Source of the DNA: an uncultured virus (IMG/VR IMGVR_UViG_3300035520_001855)
Lineage: Duplodnaviria > Heunggongvirae > Uroviricota > Caudoviricetes
DNA length: 64,000 nt
Direction: 5' to 3' (one strand)
IMG/VR virus record: IMGVR_UViG_3300035520_001855
Shown: positions 9,735 through 18,586 of the stretch, piece by piece
How positions within the stretch are numbered: position 1 is the stretch's first letter
Layout: every line of letters begins with the position of its first letter
Made by a program: the position numbers and the translations under genes
The notes under the pieces: model-generated
What the model was told of the DNA's origin: nothing
The model's database searches: none
Seen by the model: only the letters and a program-made list of their open reading frames with translations

Positions 9735-11561
9735 CTACTTGGCAAACATCTTTTTGATTTCATATAATGGTTTTTTCACTATTTCAACTGAATTTTCTGA
9801 TATATTGAAACCAAATAAGTTTGTTTGTCTAAATAACTCTAAAAATTTTAGTAAGTCAGCACCTTTTATAGATTTGTCATCTTTTCCTACTTGTTCTGTA
9901 TCAATTACGAAAATTAATGCTATTCCTATAAGTTTTGCTATTCTGCATAGGATTTTTAACTCTTCTGTTTGATTCAACAACTTATAATCAAAGTGCAAAA
10001 AGAAGTTTATACTGAATGATTCCGGTTTAGCCTCTTTAGCCACTTTTTGTTTGTTGTAGTCTTCGATATCTCTATAGTTTCCTAAAATTTTTATTCGTCT
10101 AGCCTCAAACAAATCGTATAGTGCTTTGACATGTTTTGAAGCTTCCTGCGATGTTGTTATTACTTTAAACAATTGTGATTCAGCCGAATCCTCTTTTGTT
10201 GAAGTTACTTGGAATGCTGATAACTGTGAACCAGCTGTTCTAGTATCCACAACATTAATTTTATAAGAAGTTGGTGACATAATACACATAATCTGTGAAC
10301 ACATCATCGTAATTGTTTTTATCACAGCTTCATAAGATGTGTTATCTGTCCCTTGAAAAAATATAACAGATGGATAACCACCATATTCAAAAGTTACTGG
10401 CTCTCCAGTTGTCTTGTCGAATCCTAAAAAGAACTCTGACAACAAATTAGTTTCTTCAAATGTTGGATCGAGATCTTCATAAGATTTAACTATTTTATTA
10501 CGTAATTCTGTCAACTGTTCTTTGACTTCTGCTCTTTCATCTGCAATGGCACTCAAAGACTGTTCCATGGTTTCCAATAATTTTTCACCATCTGCAAGTC
10601 GTGTTGCTATTGCGGCATCATCACGTGCTAAATTATGTTTAGCCACCTCTCTAGCTTCATCATAGTTAAATCTCTTTTTCACATCATTTTTTTCTTTATC
10701 TTCTAGAAATGCTAATGCTTCTTTTATTTCTCCAAACTGCATATCATATTCTGCCTGAATAGCTGATAGCTTTATAACTTCACCACTAGCAAACTGACTT
10801 ACAGCTGTGTTGAACTGTTCTGTTATATTTTCTTTCTTGGTATTTATTAAATTGAATACTGACAATAACTTGATCAAATAAAAATACTCTTTACATCTGA
10901 TATACAGGGTTGCTAAAATAAATCCAAAATAAATAGGTAAAATCACAACCTTTATTGCCATTAATCCAACAATTAATGCCAAGATGGCAACAACCATAAA
11001 TTGACTATCTTCCTTTAAGTTGATTTTAGCTTCTATGGATTCTGCTTTGGATATAAGTGAATCATATTCATCATAGTTGTCAAAATATTTCAACCACTCT
11101 GTTATCTTTTGAAGCTCATTGTTCTTAAATGAAATCGTGTATGAAAGTTTTGTATATAGGTTAATTGTTTCTTCTGGTACATATTGCTCAAAAGATTCTT
11201 TTATTACTATACACATCTTTTCCAGCTCACTAAATTGAGTGTTGAAACTATTCTGTGATATAAATTCATTTGTATCCAACCCATGCTTTATTCTTCCAGC
11301 TTCTTTGGAAACTTCTTCTTCATAACTCGCTAAAGACATTTTATAACGCTGAAATTCAGATTCAACTTCCCTCAATTCCTGCTGTAACATTTTGTCTACT
11401 TCGAGCTGTAAAGATTTTTCATATTCATGATTTTTCAAGTCAATAGATCTTTTAAAATTAGCACATTCATTCTTTTGTGCTTGTACTTTATCCAAAAGTT
11501 CTTTATACTTGGCATCTTTTTCTGAGGCAATTTTAAGCAGTTTGTTATACTCTTTTAACAA
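9735..11561 (-). CDS. Coiled-coil membrane protein with degenerate FtsK-like C-terminal domain
   Basis: Coiled coils flank a hydrophobic hairpin (FMVVAILALIVGLMAIKVVILPIYFGFILATLYI). C-terminal FLGFDKTTGEPV, EARRIKILGNYRDIEDYN and RIAKLIGIALIF resemble EccC domains, but no Walker A Lys is present. Confidence 0.65.
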   Translation of the reverse strand: MLKEYNKLLKIASEKDAKYKELLDKVQAQKNECANFKRSIDLKNHEYEKSLQLEVDKMLQQELREVESEFQRYKMSLASYEEEVSKEAGRIKHGLDTNEFISQNSFNTQFSELEKMCIVIKESFEQYVPEETINLYTKLSYTISFKNNELQKITEWLKYFDNYDEYDSLISKAESIEAKINLKEDSQFMVVAILALIVGLMAIKVVILPIYFGFILATLYIRCKEYFYLIKLLSVFNLINTKKENITEQFNTAVSQFASGEVIKLSAIQAEYDMQFGEIKEALAFLEDKEKNDVKKRFNYDEAREVAKHNLARDDAAIATRLADGEKLLETMEQSLSAIADERAEVKEQLTELRNKIVKSYEDLDPTFEETNLLSEFFLGFDKTTGEPVTFEYGGYPSVIFFQGTDNTSYEAVIKTITMMCSQIMCIMSPTSYKINVVDTRTAGSQLSAFQVTSTKEDSAESQLFKVITTSQEASKHVKALYDLFEARRIKILGNYRDIEDYNKQKVAKEAKPESFSINFFLHFDYKLLNQTEELKILCRIAKLIGIALIFVIDTEQVGKDDKSIKGADLLKFLELFRQTNLFGFNISENSVEIVKKPLYEIKKMFAK

Positions 11562-12193
11562 GACAAATCACCTCTTAAATCTAAGTAAATAAGGTAATTT
11601 ATGTATACATCAAAAGCTGCATTGTGAAACCAGTCAAGACTGTCTTCTAAATTAAAAGTTGACTTAATTGACCTCATCACCGTATCATGTTTTAACCCGT
11701 TACGTAGTAATCTATAATAGCAGTACTCAAGTGATATCCATTCTTTCTTCCAACTATAAGACTTTTTATCACAAGTAATTTTATATAACTTGTCAGTAAA
11801 ATCAGTCATCGTATCAATAATCTCAATGTCATTTAGAATGTTGTTCAACTGTTCATCTTTGTATGTTCGAAGAAACTCAACATCAAACATCCTGATATTA
11901 TGTCCAATAATGGTATTAACACCGCTAAGAAGTTTTCTTAATTCGGGTATAAAATCCTCAAATGTTTTTGTGGTGTATGTATACAGTAATTCTTCAGTAA
12001 TTCCATGAGTTTCATATGCTCCCTTTGATATCTTATTGAGACTTGGGACAAAATAGAAATTGCCTGCTTTTTCTATTTGATCATTATAACTATTGAAAAT
12101 AAGGAATGCAAATTGGATTATGTCAGCATTTCTAGTCTTCATGGATTTGTTAAAGAAACCTGTAGACTCAATATCAAACACCATTTTGTACAT
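11555..12193 (-). CDS. DEDDh 3'-5' exonuclease (DnaQ/epsilon-like)
   Basis: ExoI VFDIESTG, THGIT, ExoII IGHNIRMFD, IDTM, ExoIII HNAAFD. Start set at ATG 12193. Confidence 0.9.
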   Translation of the reverse strand: MYKMVFDIESTGFFNKSMKTRNADIIQFAFLIFNSYNDQIEKAGNFYFVPSLNKISKGAYETHGITEELLYTYTTKTFEDFIPELRKLLSGVNTIIGHNIRMFDVEFLRTYKDEQLNNILNDIEIIDTMTDFTDKLYKITCDKKSYSWKKEWISLEYCYYRLLRNGLKHDTVMRSIKSTFNLEDSLDWFHNAAFDVYINYLIYLDLRGDLSC

Positions 12194-12205
12194 ACTTATC
12201 ACCCA

Positions 12206-13066
12206 CTATTCAAATGAAATTTTACCACCTTTTATAGAGATATGTTCAAATTTGCCGTTAAGCAAATTGTCCTCTACTTCAAAGATTGGCATTACCTTTT
12301 CATAAACCTCATTATTTTCCTCATCCCAGTAATACAAATTACAACTATACTCATCAACTTCAACAATAACACAATTGTACCCTATAACATCTTCTGGGTA
12401 TATTTTAAACTTTAAGCAACTTCTCATTATGTATTCAAGGTTCATAATTCTTATGATTGTAATTATCAATGAGTAAACATCTTCTGATTCATAAATCCAC
12501 TTCTTTGGATCCAACATATCTAAATTGCCCGTTAAATTCATTAAAAGTGAAATTTTGTAATCACCTTTAGTGAATAAATCATATAATGCTCTTATTGCAA
12601 TTATTTTAAAATCACCATCAAAAATATCCTTGCTTACTAAAACAGTACCGTCCTTAAGTGTAATCGTTTTTTCGACACTTGTAGGTATTAACAACTTTTT
12701 TGTCAACATGTCTTGTATGAACTCACTAAATAAGTCTTCGGACTGTTCCTCTCCATAATATTTTTCCTTAAAAAAGTTTATTTTATCATAGCGTTCTGTC
12801 TGTATTTCATATTCCATTAAAGCACCCAATGTCGTTGCTTCACGTAATTTAGCAATTAGTGTATCATTGTCTTTGTTACGTATTGCATTAAGAAATTCAC
12901 CCTTATCTTTGTATTTGAGTACTGTATAAGGTAACTCCTCAATTGAGCAGTTGTATTCCTGTGCTAAAGACTGTAAAATATTTAAACCTTTAGCTCTTTT
13001 TAGTACATCTTCAGGTCCATAAAGAGCTAAAGCTTGTCTCAAATATATTTCTCTGAATTTTGACAA
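12206..13066 (-). CDS. Hypothetical protein
   Basis: 286-aa ORF, TTG start with AAGGAGG RBS. Confidence 0.7.
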   Translation of the reverse strand: MSKFREIYLRQALALYGPEDVLKRAKGLNILQSLAQEYNCSIEELPYTVLKYKDKGEFLNAIRNKDNDTLIAKLREATTLGALMEYEIQTERYDKINFFKEKYYGEEQSEDLFSEFIQDMLTKKLLIPTSVEKTITLKDGTVLVSKDIFDGDFKIIAIRALYDLFTKGDYKISLLMNLTGNLDMLDPKKWIYESEDVYSLIITIIRIMNLEYIMRSCLKFKIYPEDVIGYNCVIVEVDEYSCNLYYWDEENNEVYEKVMPIFEVEDNLLNGKFEHISIKGGKISFE

Positions 13067-13083
13067 TTTAATGCCTCCTTCTA

Positions 13084-14262
13084 TTAGTTATCTAAAACAC
13101 CTATAGCTGTTTTTGCTATCAACATTAAATAACTTGATTCATGAATATCTATCTCCAAATTATTGTAAGTATTGGTGTTAAAGTTTGGTAGTATCCCACT
13201 GTCAGCTATGGATTTAACATTATCCAGTATTATCTCTTTAGACTTTGTGTATCCTTTATAGTAAGGAACATATCTGCCAGATGATTTGGATTGTATTACA
13301 ACCACAGAAACATTTGTTATATAATTTGGATTGCTTTTCAACAAAATATAATCAGCTAACCAATTAAGCTGTACAGAAATTTCACTAAATTTATCATGGA
13401 ATAAAGCTGTGTAAATCTGATGTCGCTTTCTGAATTTAGGTTTTTGCTCAATCTTATCCTTACTAATACTCATAAGGAATGTGTCGATTATTTCCGGTGT
13501 TGTATGTAACTCTACAATATTTTGTTTACTATGTTCCGGGACAGTAAACAAATTTGTCAAATCCCTTCGAATATATCCAGTCATGTGTTTGCTGAATGCA
13601 TCTGTTGTGTTATAACCTAGTGGTATGAATGGTGATTCAAAAATTTTTGATGATTCAAACCCAGTCATATTAAAACTGCAGTAAGATTCTGTTTTTGTTT
13701 GATTTTGAATTGTATTCAAAGTTATGCATGTGAAGCCTGGTGTAAAAATATATGTATTAGTGAAAGTCGTTGACAACTGATTAAGCATAGGCCTATTGTA
13801 AAGACTGTCTAAGTCTGTCGGTCTCTTTCTCGCTAAATAATTGTAATACACATTTAAGAATTTATTATTCATCCAGTTCAATACCTTCACATATTGAGAA
13901 TTTTCATCATAAAACTCTCTAAATATTGTATCCATCACTATGATGCCAACTTCTGGAATATACCTGAATGTTCTACTGAAGTTCAAATCCTCACCAAATT
14001 TTTGCTTTAAATCTTCAACTGATATTTCTAAACCAAACTCAAGAAATTCCCTATTTGTGATTGTATTTATAAATGCTTCACATTTTTTATCTGCATTAGT
14101 ATTTGATTTATACATATGATAATTGTTGTGCTCACCTTTAATTACATAAGATGTGTTCATGTGCTCACAATACAAAGGTATACCATTTGTTGTAATTAAA
14201 CCACTTTCCTGTAAGTAATTCAGCAACTCGAATAAATCATGTAAACAGGTTTGTTTCTCCAT
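13084..14262 (-). CDS. Hypothetical protein
   Basis: 392-aa ORF with AAGGAGG RBS. Confidence 0.75.
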   Translation of the reverse strand: MEKQTCLHDLFELLNYLQESGLITTNGIPLYCEHMNTSYVIKGEHNNYHMYKSNTNADKKCEAFINTITNREFLEFGLEISVEDLKQKFGEDLNFSRTFRYIPEVGIIVMDTIFREFYDENSQYVKVLNWMNNKFLNVYYNYLARKRPTDLDSLYNRPMLNQLSTTFTNTYIFTPGFTCITLNTIQNQTKTESYCSFNMTGFESSKIFESPFIPLGYNTTDAFSKHMTGYIRRDLTNLFTVPEHSKQNIVELHTTPEIIDTFLMSISKDKIEQKPKFRKRHQIYTALFHDKFSEISVQLNWLADYILLKSNPNYITNVSVVVIQSKSSGRYVPYYKGYTKSKEIILDNVKSIADSGILPNFNTNTYNNLEIDIHESSYLMLIAKTAIGVLDN

Positions 14263-15529
14263 AGTCTACCTCCTTATAAATTGTTATACATATTGAATAT
14301 TTAAATATAGGTGAGTTTAGATATGTTGTTGCATTCTCTGTGTGATAATTAAAAAGCCTTCTCATGTTTGTATCCGCTAACATAGTTGTTTTAATAATTG
14401 CTGCTCGAACTGTTCGTATTGCAAGTTTATATTTAATTTCTTGATCCAATACTTTTATATTTATATATCTTGCATACAAGCTTTTCTTTGATTTTAAGAT
14501 AAAATTTCTTAAATACTCATAAACAATATCACCATATAGTGATTGTATGGTACTTAGGAAATCCTGAATCTTGTTCTCATCTTTTATTACATCTGATTCA
14601 GCTAGCAATCGTTTGAAATCAACTATTCTTGGTATTCTGTATGGCACCTTTATCTCTATCGTTTTTTCAGCAACAGCTCTCGTTGACTTCTGATATTCCT
14701 GTTTCTGTTTTGGCATCTCTAAATCATTACTTGAAAAGAACGATATCCAAGCAGATAGGAAATTAGAAATCAATGTCATATAATAATATCTTCCAAATTC
14801 CTTTAGATAGAAATCGAGAGCAATAATGTCATACAGTTGTATGTCTTTTACAAGTTGACCATTCACACTTATCTGATAATTATCAAGAGTTGGTGCAACT
14901 ACCACCATTTTATTATACCAATAGCCATCATCTTGTTGTTTCCATTCATCAAGTGTGTGCAAAGAACCAATAGGTTCAAGAGCTCTTACCAGCAAAATTT
15001 CTTTACTAAAAATATCTTGTATAAATCTTGTACGGAAACCGTCCTCTTGTGTAAATATTCTGACACTTAAATTTGTATTTGTACGATTTAATACAAGGTT
15101 TGTCATACTAAAATATCTGTTTAAACCTTCATCAAAAAACTCTACACCATTATTAATAAATGTAACAATCAAATTGTATATAGAATCTTCTCTTGGTTTA
15201 AATTCTATATGCTTTATAATATTTTGGGTTATATTTGTATTCACAAATACATTAGTACTGGACTTTGCAAGACCAACCAAAAAGGTCCTATCACGCAACT
15301 GTCCCAAGTAATAATTGCAAGGTATACCTCTTTTCTGTATCTTTTCCAAAATTTCAATAGCATCATCAAGTTTCATTATGCATCTATATGTTGATACATT
15401 TATTGTGTCATCCAGTTCCTCCCAAATGTTAAAAGTTAAATATTCTTCACCGCTATCATTTGTATGTAAAGTGCTGATTTGCACAAAACTAATTGGTGCT
15501 TTTTCAAAATTTAGATCCAAATATATCAC
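14237..15529 (-). CDS. Hypothetical protein
   Basis: 430-aa ORF, GTG start overlapping the upstream TGA. Confidence 0.75.
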   Translation of the reverse strand: MIYLDLNFEKAPISFVQISTLHTNDSGEEYLTFNIWEELDDTINVSTYRCIMKLDDAIEILEKIQKRGIPCNYYLGQLRDRTFLVGLAKSSTNVFVNTNITQNIIKHIEFKPREDSIYNLIVTFINNGVEFFDEGLNRYFSMTNLVLNRTNTNLSVRIFTQEDGFRTRFIQDIFSKEILLVRALEPIGSLHTLDEWKQQDDGYWYNKMVVVAPTLDNYQISVNGQLVKDIQLYDIIALDFYLKEFGRYYYMTLISNFLSAWISFFSSNDLEMPKQKQEYQKSTRAVAEKTIEIKVPYRIPRIVDFKRLLAESDVIKDENKIQDFLSTIQSLYGDIVYEYLRNFILKSKKSLYARYINIKVLDQEIKYKLAIRTVRAAIIKTTMLADTNMRRLFNYHTENATTYLNSPIFKYSICITIYKEVDYGETNLFT

Positions 15530-16455
15530 CTCAGTCTTATATGTTCTTTATGATGTACAATATTTGGTGTGTCTTCCAAATGCTGGTCAACTAAATAATT
15601 TCTATAGTATTTTGTTCCTTCTGTATACACTTTTGCTAAAAATGTCATTGGTTTCACACCTAAATAAATTACATCAAGTAAATGCAATACTTCCTCACGT
15701 TCACGATCAGTTTCCAATAATCTTTGCATCTCAACAGAATTATAAACATTCAATATCTCTCTTGTTTTCGGTTCTAATAAAGACTTTTCTTTTGCTAGTG
15801 AATTTCTATTATCAGACCTATATTTAATAATTTCTGTTGTTACTAAAATTGCTAAAAATGCTGCATGATACTGTGAGCTGTTTGCTTTTAGTAGATCCTT
15901 TACTACCTCTGTTAAAACAACTAACTCATCTCCAACATATGCACCTTCAGTATCTGGGACATATTTAGATAATGTGTCAATAATTCTTGATGAATATAAC
16001 AAATTCTCTGATTTTGATCTGTAGGACGTATTTATTGAAGTTATGAACTTTTCAAGAACCTTTGTATATTCGCTAAGTTGTTTGTTCTTCATAAAAAAAT
16101 CGCTTGGAGTTAAGTCTGATACAAACTCTTGAATACTTTCTAGACTAAGTATAGTATGATTGTTGTCATAGATTTCTGTTATTCCCTTTACATAAACAAT
16201 CTTTTTATTTAATCTTAAAGCGTCCTCATTTTTAAAATAATCCCTATTAATTAAATAGAAATTAGCCTGAGTTACCAAATTAAATTTACCACGTAAGAAG
16301 AACCTAGCAACTGCACGCTCAGAATTTGTTTTACCATTTTCAACTCTCTGCACATATGCTAATCCCTCAAAGGTATCACCGTCTGTTAAGCTCGACACAT
16401 CAATTACTGAGCTAAATGTATCTTCCTCTGTACCTGTAATTTTTGTCATATTCAT
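15526..16455 (-). CDS. YhaM/Cbf1-like OB-fold protein with degenerate HD domain
   Basis: N-terminal SSLTDGDTFEGLAYVQRVENGKTN...KIVYVKGITEIYDN...PSDFF resembles the YhaM OB fold; no HD or HH residues in the expected region. Start set at ATG 16455 with AGGAGTGA RBS. Confidence 0.55.
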   Translation of the reverse strand: MNMTKITGTEEDTFSSVIDVSSLTDGDTFEGLAYVQRVENGKTNSERAVARFFLRGKFNLVTQANFYLINRDYFKNEDALRLNKKIVYVKGITEIYDNNHTILSLESIQEFVSDLTPSDFFMKNKQLSEYTKVLEKFITSINTSYRSKSENLLYSSRIIDTLSKYVPDTEGAYVGDELVVLTEVVKDLLKANSSQYHAAFLAILVTTEIIKYRSDNRNSLAKEKSLLEPKTREILNVYNSVEMQRLLETDREREEVLHLLDVIYLGVKPMTFLAKVYTEGTKYYRNYLVDQHLEDTPNIVHHKEHIRLR

Positions 16456-16525
16456 AATAATCACTCCTAATTTATCTAAATCTCCTGTAATGAATTGCAC
16501 TATGTGCATAATTGTCATGTGGTTA

Positions 16526-16807
16526 TCATAGCATGTCCTTTAAATCAATATCTTCATATTCGCCATTTGATTTGTCTGTCTTTTGTGTATCTAGATCACC
16601 TAGTACCTCCATTGTATTAAATGTTCCGTCTTCATTTTCTGGACTATCGCTTGCAAGTAACTCTTTGCTATCGCTGCTATCAATAGTTAATTTGAAATGT
16701 TCATATGATGTTAAAATATTTAGCTCATTTTCGCTGAGCTTTACAAAGCCTTTAAATGGTATAACGTAGTTAAAAAGTAGAATGCAAAGAATTAAAATCT
16801 CAACCAT
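16526..16807 (-). CDS. Small hypothetical protein with hydrophobic N-terminus and acidic tail
   Basis: 93-aa ORF overlapping the upstream stop; N-terminal ILILCILLF. Confidence 0.55.
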   Translation of the reverse strand: MVEILILCILLFNYVIPFKGFVKLSENELNILTSYEHFKLTIDSSDSKELLASDSPENEDGTFNTMEVLGDLDTQKTDKSNGEYEDIDLKDML

Positions 16808-17309
16808 ATACCTGTCTTCCTAACTTATCAAAAGTCTCTATCATATCACATTTCAAATAGTAAAAATCTTTAACTACTAACCGTTCTGCATATCTTAGCT
16901 GAGTATATCGCTTTTCTAGTACATCTATATACGTTTCCAAAACCTTTCTAATATTGTAGCCAACTGTTTCAATTAAAGACATGGAAGATAAAGTTGTACC
17001 TGTATAATCCGGCATAATATCAGTAAGTTCAGTATTTTCAAAATCCTCTAGACTTTGTGACAAATCAATAAAAAGATCTGTTAAAAGAACATCACTAAAT
17101 TCTGTTGTAACTGGATTTACTTTTAGAATGTTCATTATCTGAACAATCGCCTCTTTGATACCATCATAAGTTGTTAAATTTGAGTACCTTAAAACTGACT
17201 CAGCCTTGTTGACACTCCTATACTGGTCCATGAATTTTGACAGATTTTCTGTTGTAATTTCTGCCTTCTGTGGATCTACTTTCATCAATAAATCTAGTGC
17301 TTCACGCAT
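16800..17309 (-). CDS. Hypothetical protein
   Basis: 169-aa ORF with AAGGAG RBS. Confidence 0.7.
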   Translation of the reverse strand: MREALDLLMKVDPQKAEITTENLSKFMDQYRSVNKAESVLRYSNLTTYDGIKEAIVQIMNILKVNPVTTEFSDVLLTDLFIDLSQSLEDFENTELTDIMPDYTGTTLSSMSLIETVGYNIRKVLETYIDVLEKRYTQLRYAERLVVKDFYYLKCDMIETFDKLGRQVYG

Positions 17310-17325
17310 ATTAATCTCTCCTTTC

Positions 17326-17685
17326 TTAACACAGACAAATCTCTTGTTCTGGTGTTAATATTTCAAAATGTTTGTTTTGAAGTATTCCTATTTTTATTTT
17401 GTTGTTGTATTCGTGAATTTTTTGTATGTTATCAAATGTTAAATCAAAGTACCCAATAGGTTTTATAACATCTTCGAATTTAACACATAATTCAATGCAC
17501 ATATCATTTTCTTTTTCTCTTGTGCAGAGACTTGCTAAAAATTTAGCCTCAAAATTGTTTGTGATTTTGACAATTAGTAATGAATTTGTTACTTCCTTCT
17601 TTTTTGTTTCATTCTGTAAACCATCATTCATCTCATAGTCAAACCCGGTTAAAGATTCAGCTATTTCTTTTGCTCTTGTACTCAT
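17326..17685 (-). CDS. Hypothetical protein
   Basis: 119-aa ORF with AGGTGA RBS. Confidence 0.7.
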   Translation of the reverse strand: MSTRAKEIAESLTGFDYEMNDGLQNETKKKEVTNSLLIVKITNNFEAKFLASLCTREKENDMCIELCVKFEDVIKPIGYFDLTFDNIQKIHEYNNKIKIGILQNKHFEILTPEQEICLC

Positions 17686-17689
17686 GTTA

Positions 17690-18586
17690 TCACCTACCTG
17701 TATCCAGTATCATTTGCATGAAACCATCTTTCTTTTTTCTATATTTATATATACATGATTTCCATTGATAAAGGTAAGATAAAGAAACTTGTGTCAATAA
17801 GTCTTCTAAATAAGTTTTCAAAATATAGCTCGGTATTTCATGTTGTTTTGCATACTCTTCAAGATTTCTGTATGATAATACTCCCTTAATATAGTCGAGT
17901 TTATACTCAACACAATCATCTATTCTTTTAGCCAATTCACTCATAATGAATTTGTAAGCATACTTAAATTCATACAAAGTTGTAAAGTCTTTTTTGCTTA
18001 AAGTGTTTAAAATTAGATGTATTAAGATAGTATCTAAATTCATACGGTTATATTTTGGTATTACTTCTGAAATTACTTGTGCTGTTATTAAACTTTCATT
18101 TCTTAAATCAATTTCTCGGATATAGTAATCTATATATTTCCATTGACCACGCATTCTATACATAAACATACTCATACTGTCAACAGAAAATTTTTTAATT
18201 GAGTTTCTTTGAAGATATGCTTCTATAAGCCAAATAGGTGGCTTATAGAAGCTGATTTCTTTTGTTTTACTTGTGTCCAGTTTACCACTTAAATAATTGT
18301 ATGTTTTAAAATTTGTATTAAGGTAGACAACTAAACACTCTGTATTATTTTGTAACTCTCTGATAACCCTCTTTAATTGATCAAATTGCATACTTTCTGT
18401 GTAAACAAACACTAAAATACCTTTATTAAAAAATGGTTTCTCGTTTGCAATACTGCTGAGTGAATCCAAAGTAGCAGTTGTTATACTAAACACACTACTC
18501 CTTTGCATTTTACTTGACAGCATATCAATGAATGTATCTGTAAGTAGTGTGTCATTCATAATAATATTAATATTAGATTTCGACAC
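17690..18586 (-). CDS. DNA polymerase III delta (HolA)-like clamp-loader subunit, diverged
   Basis: About 300 aa with SIANEKPFFNKGILVFV, matching the HolA N-terminal 'PFF...LV' signature, and helical C-terminal domains; lies in a replication cluster. Confidence 0.5.
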   Translation of the reverse strand: MSKSNINIIMNDTLLTDTFIDMLSSKMQRSSVFSITTATLDSLSSIANEKPFFNKGILVFVYTESMQFDQLKRVIRELQNNTECLVVYLNTNFKTYNYLSGKLDTSKTKEISFYKPPIWLIEAYLQRNSIKKFSVDSMSMFMYRMRGQWKYIDYYIREIDLRNESLITAQVISEVIPKYNRMNLDTILIHLILNTLSKKDFTTLYEFKYAYKFIMSELAKRIDDCVEYKLDYIKGVLSYRNLEEYAKQHEIPSYILKTYLEDLLTQVSLSYLYQWKSCIYKYRKKKDGFMQMILDTGR

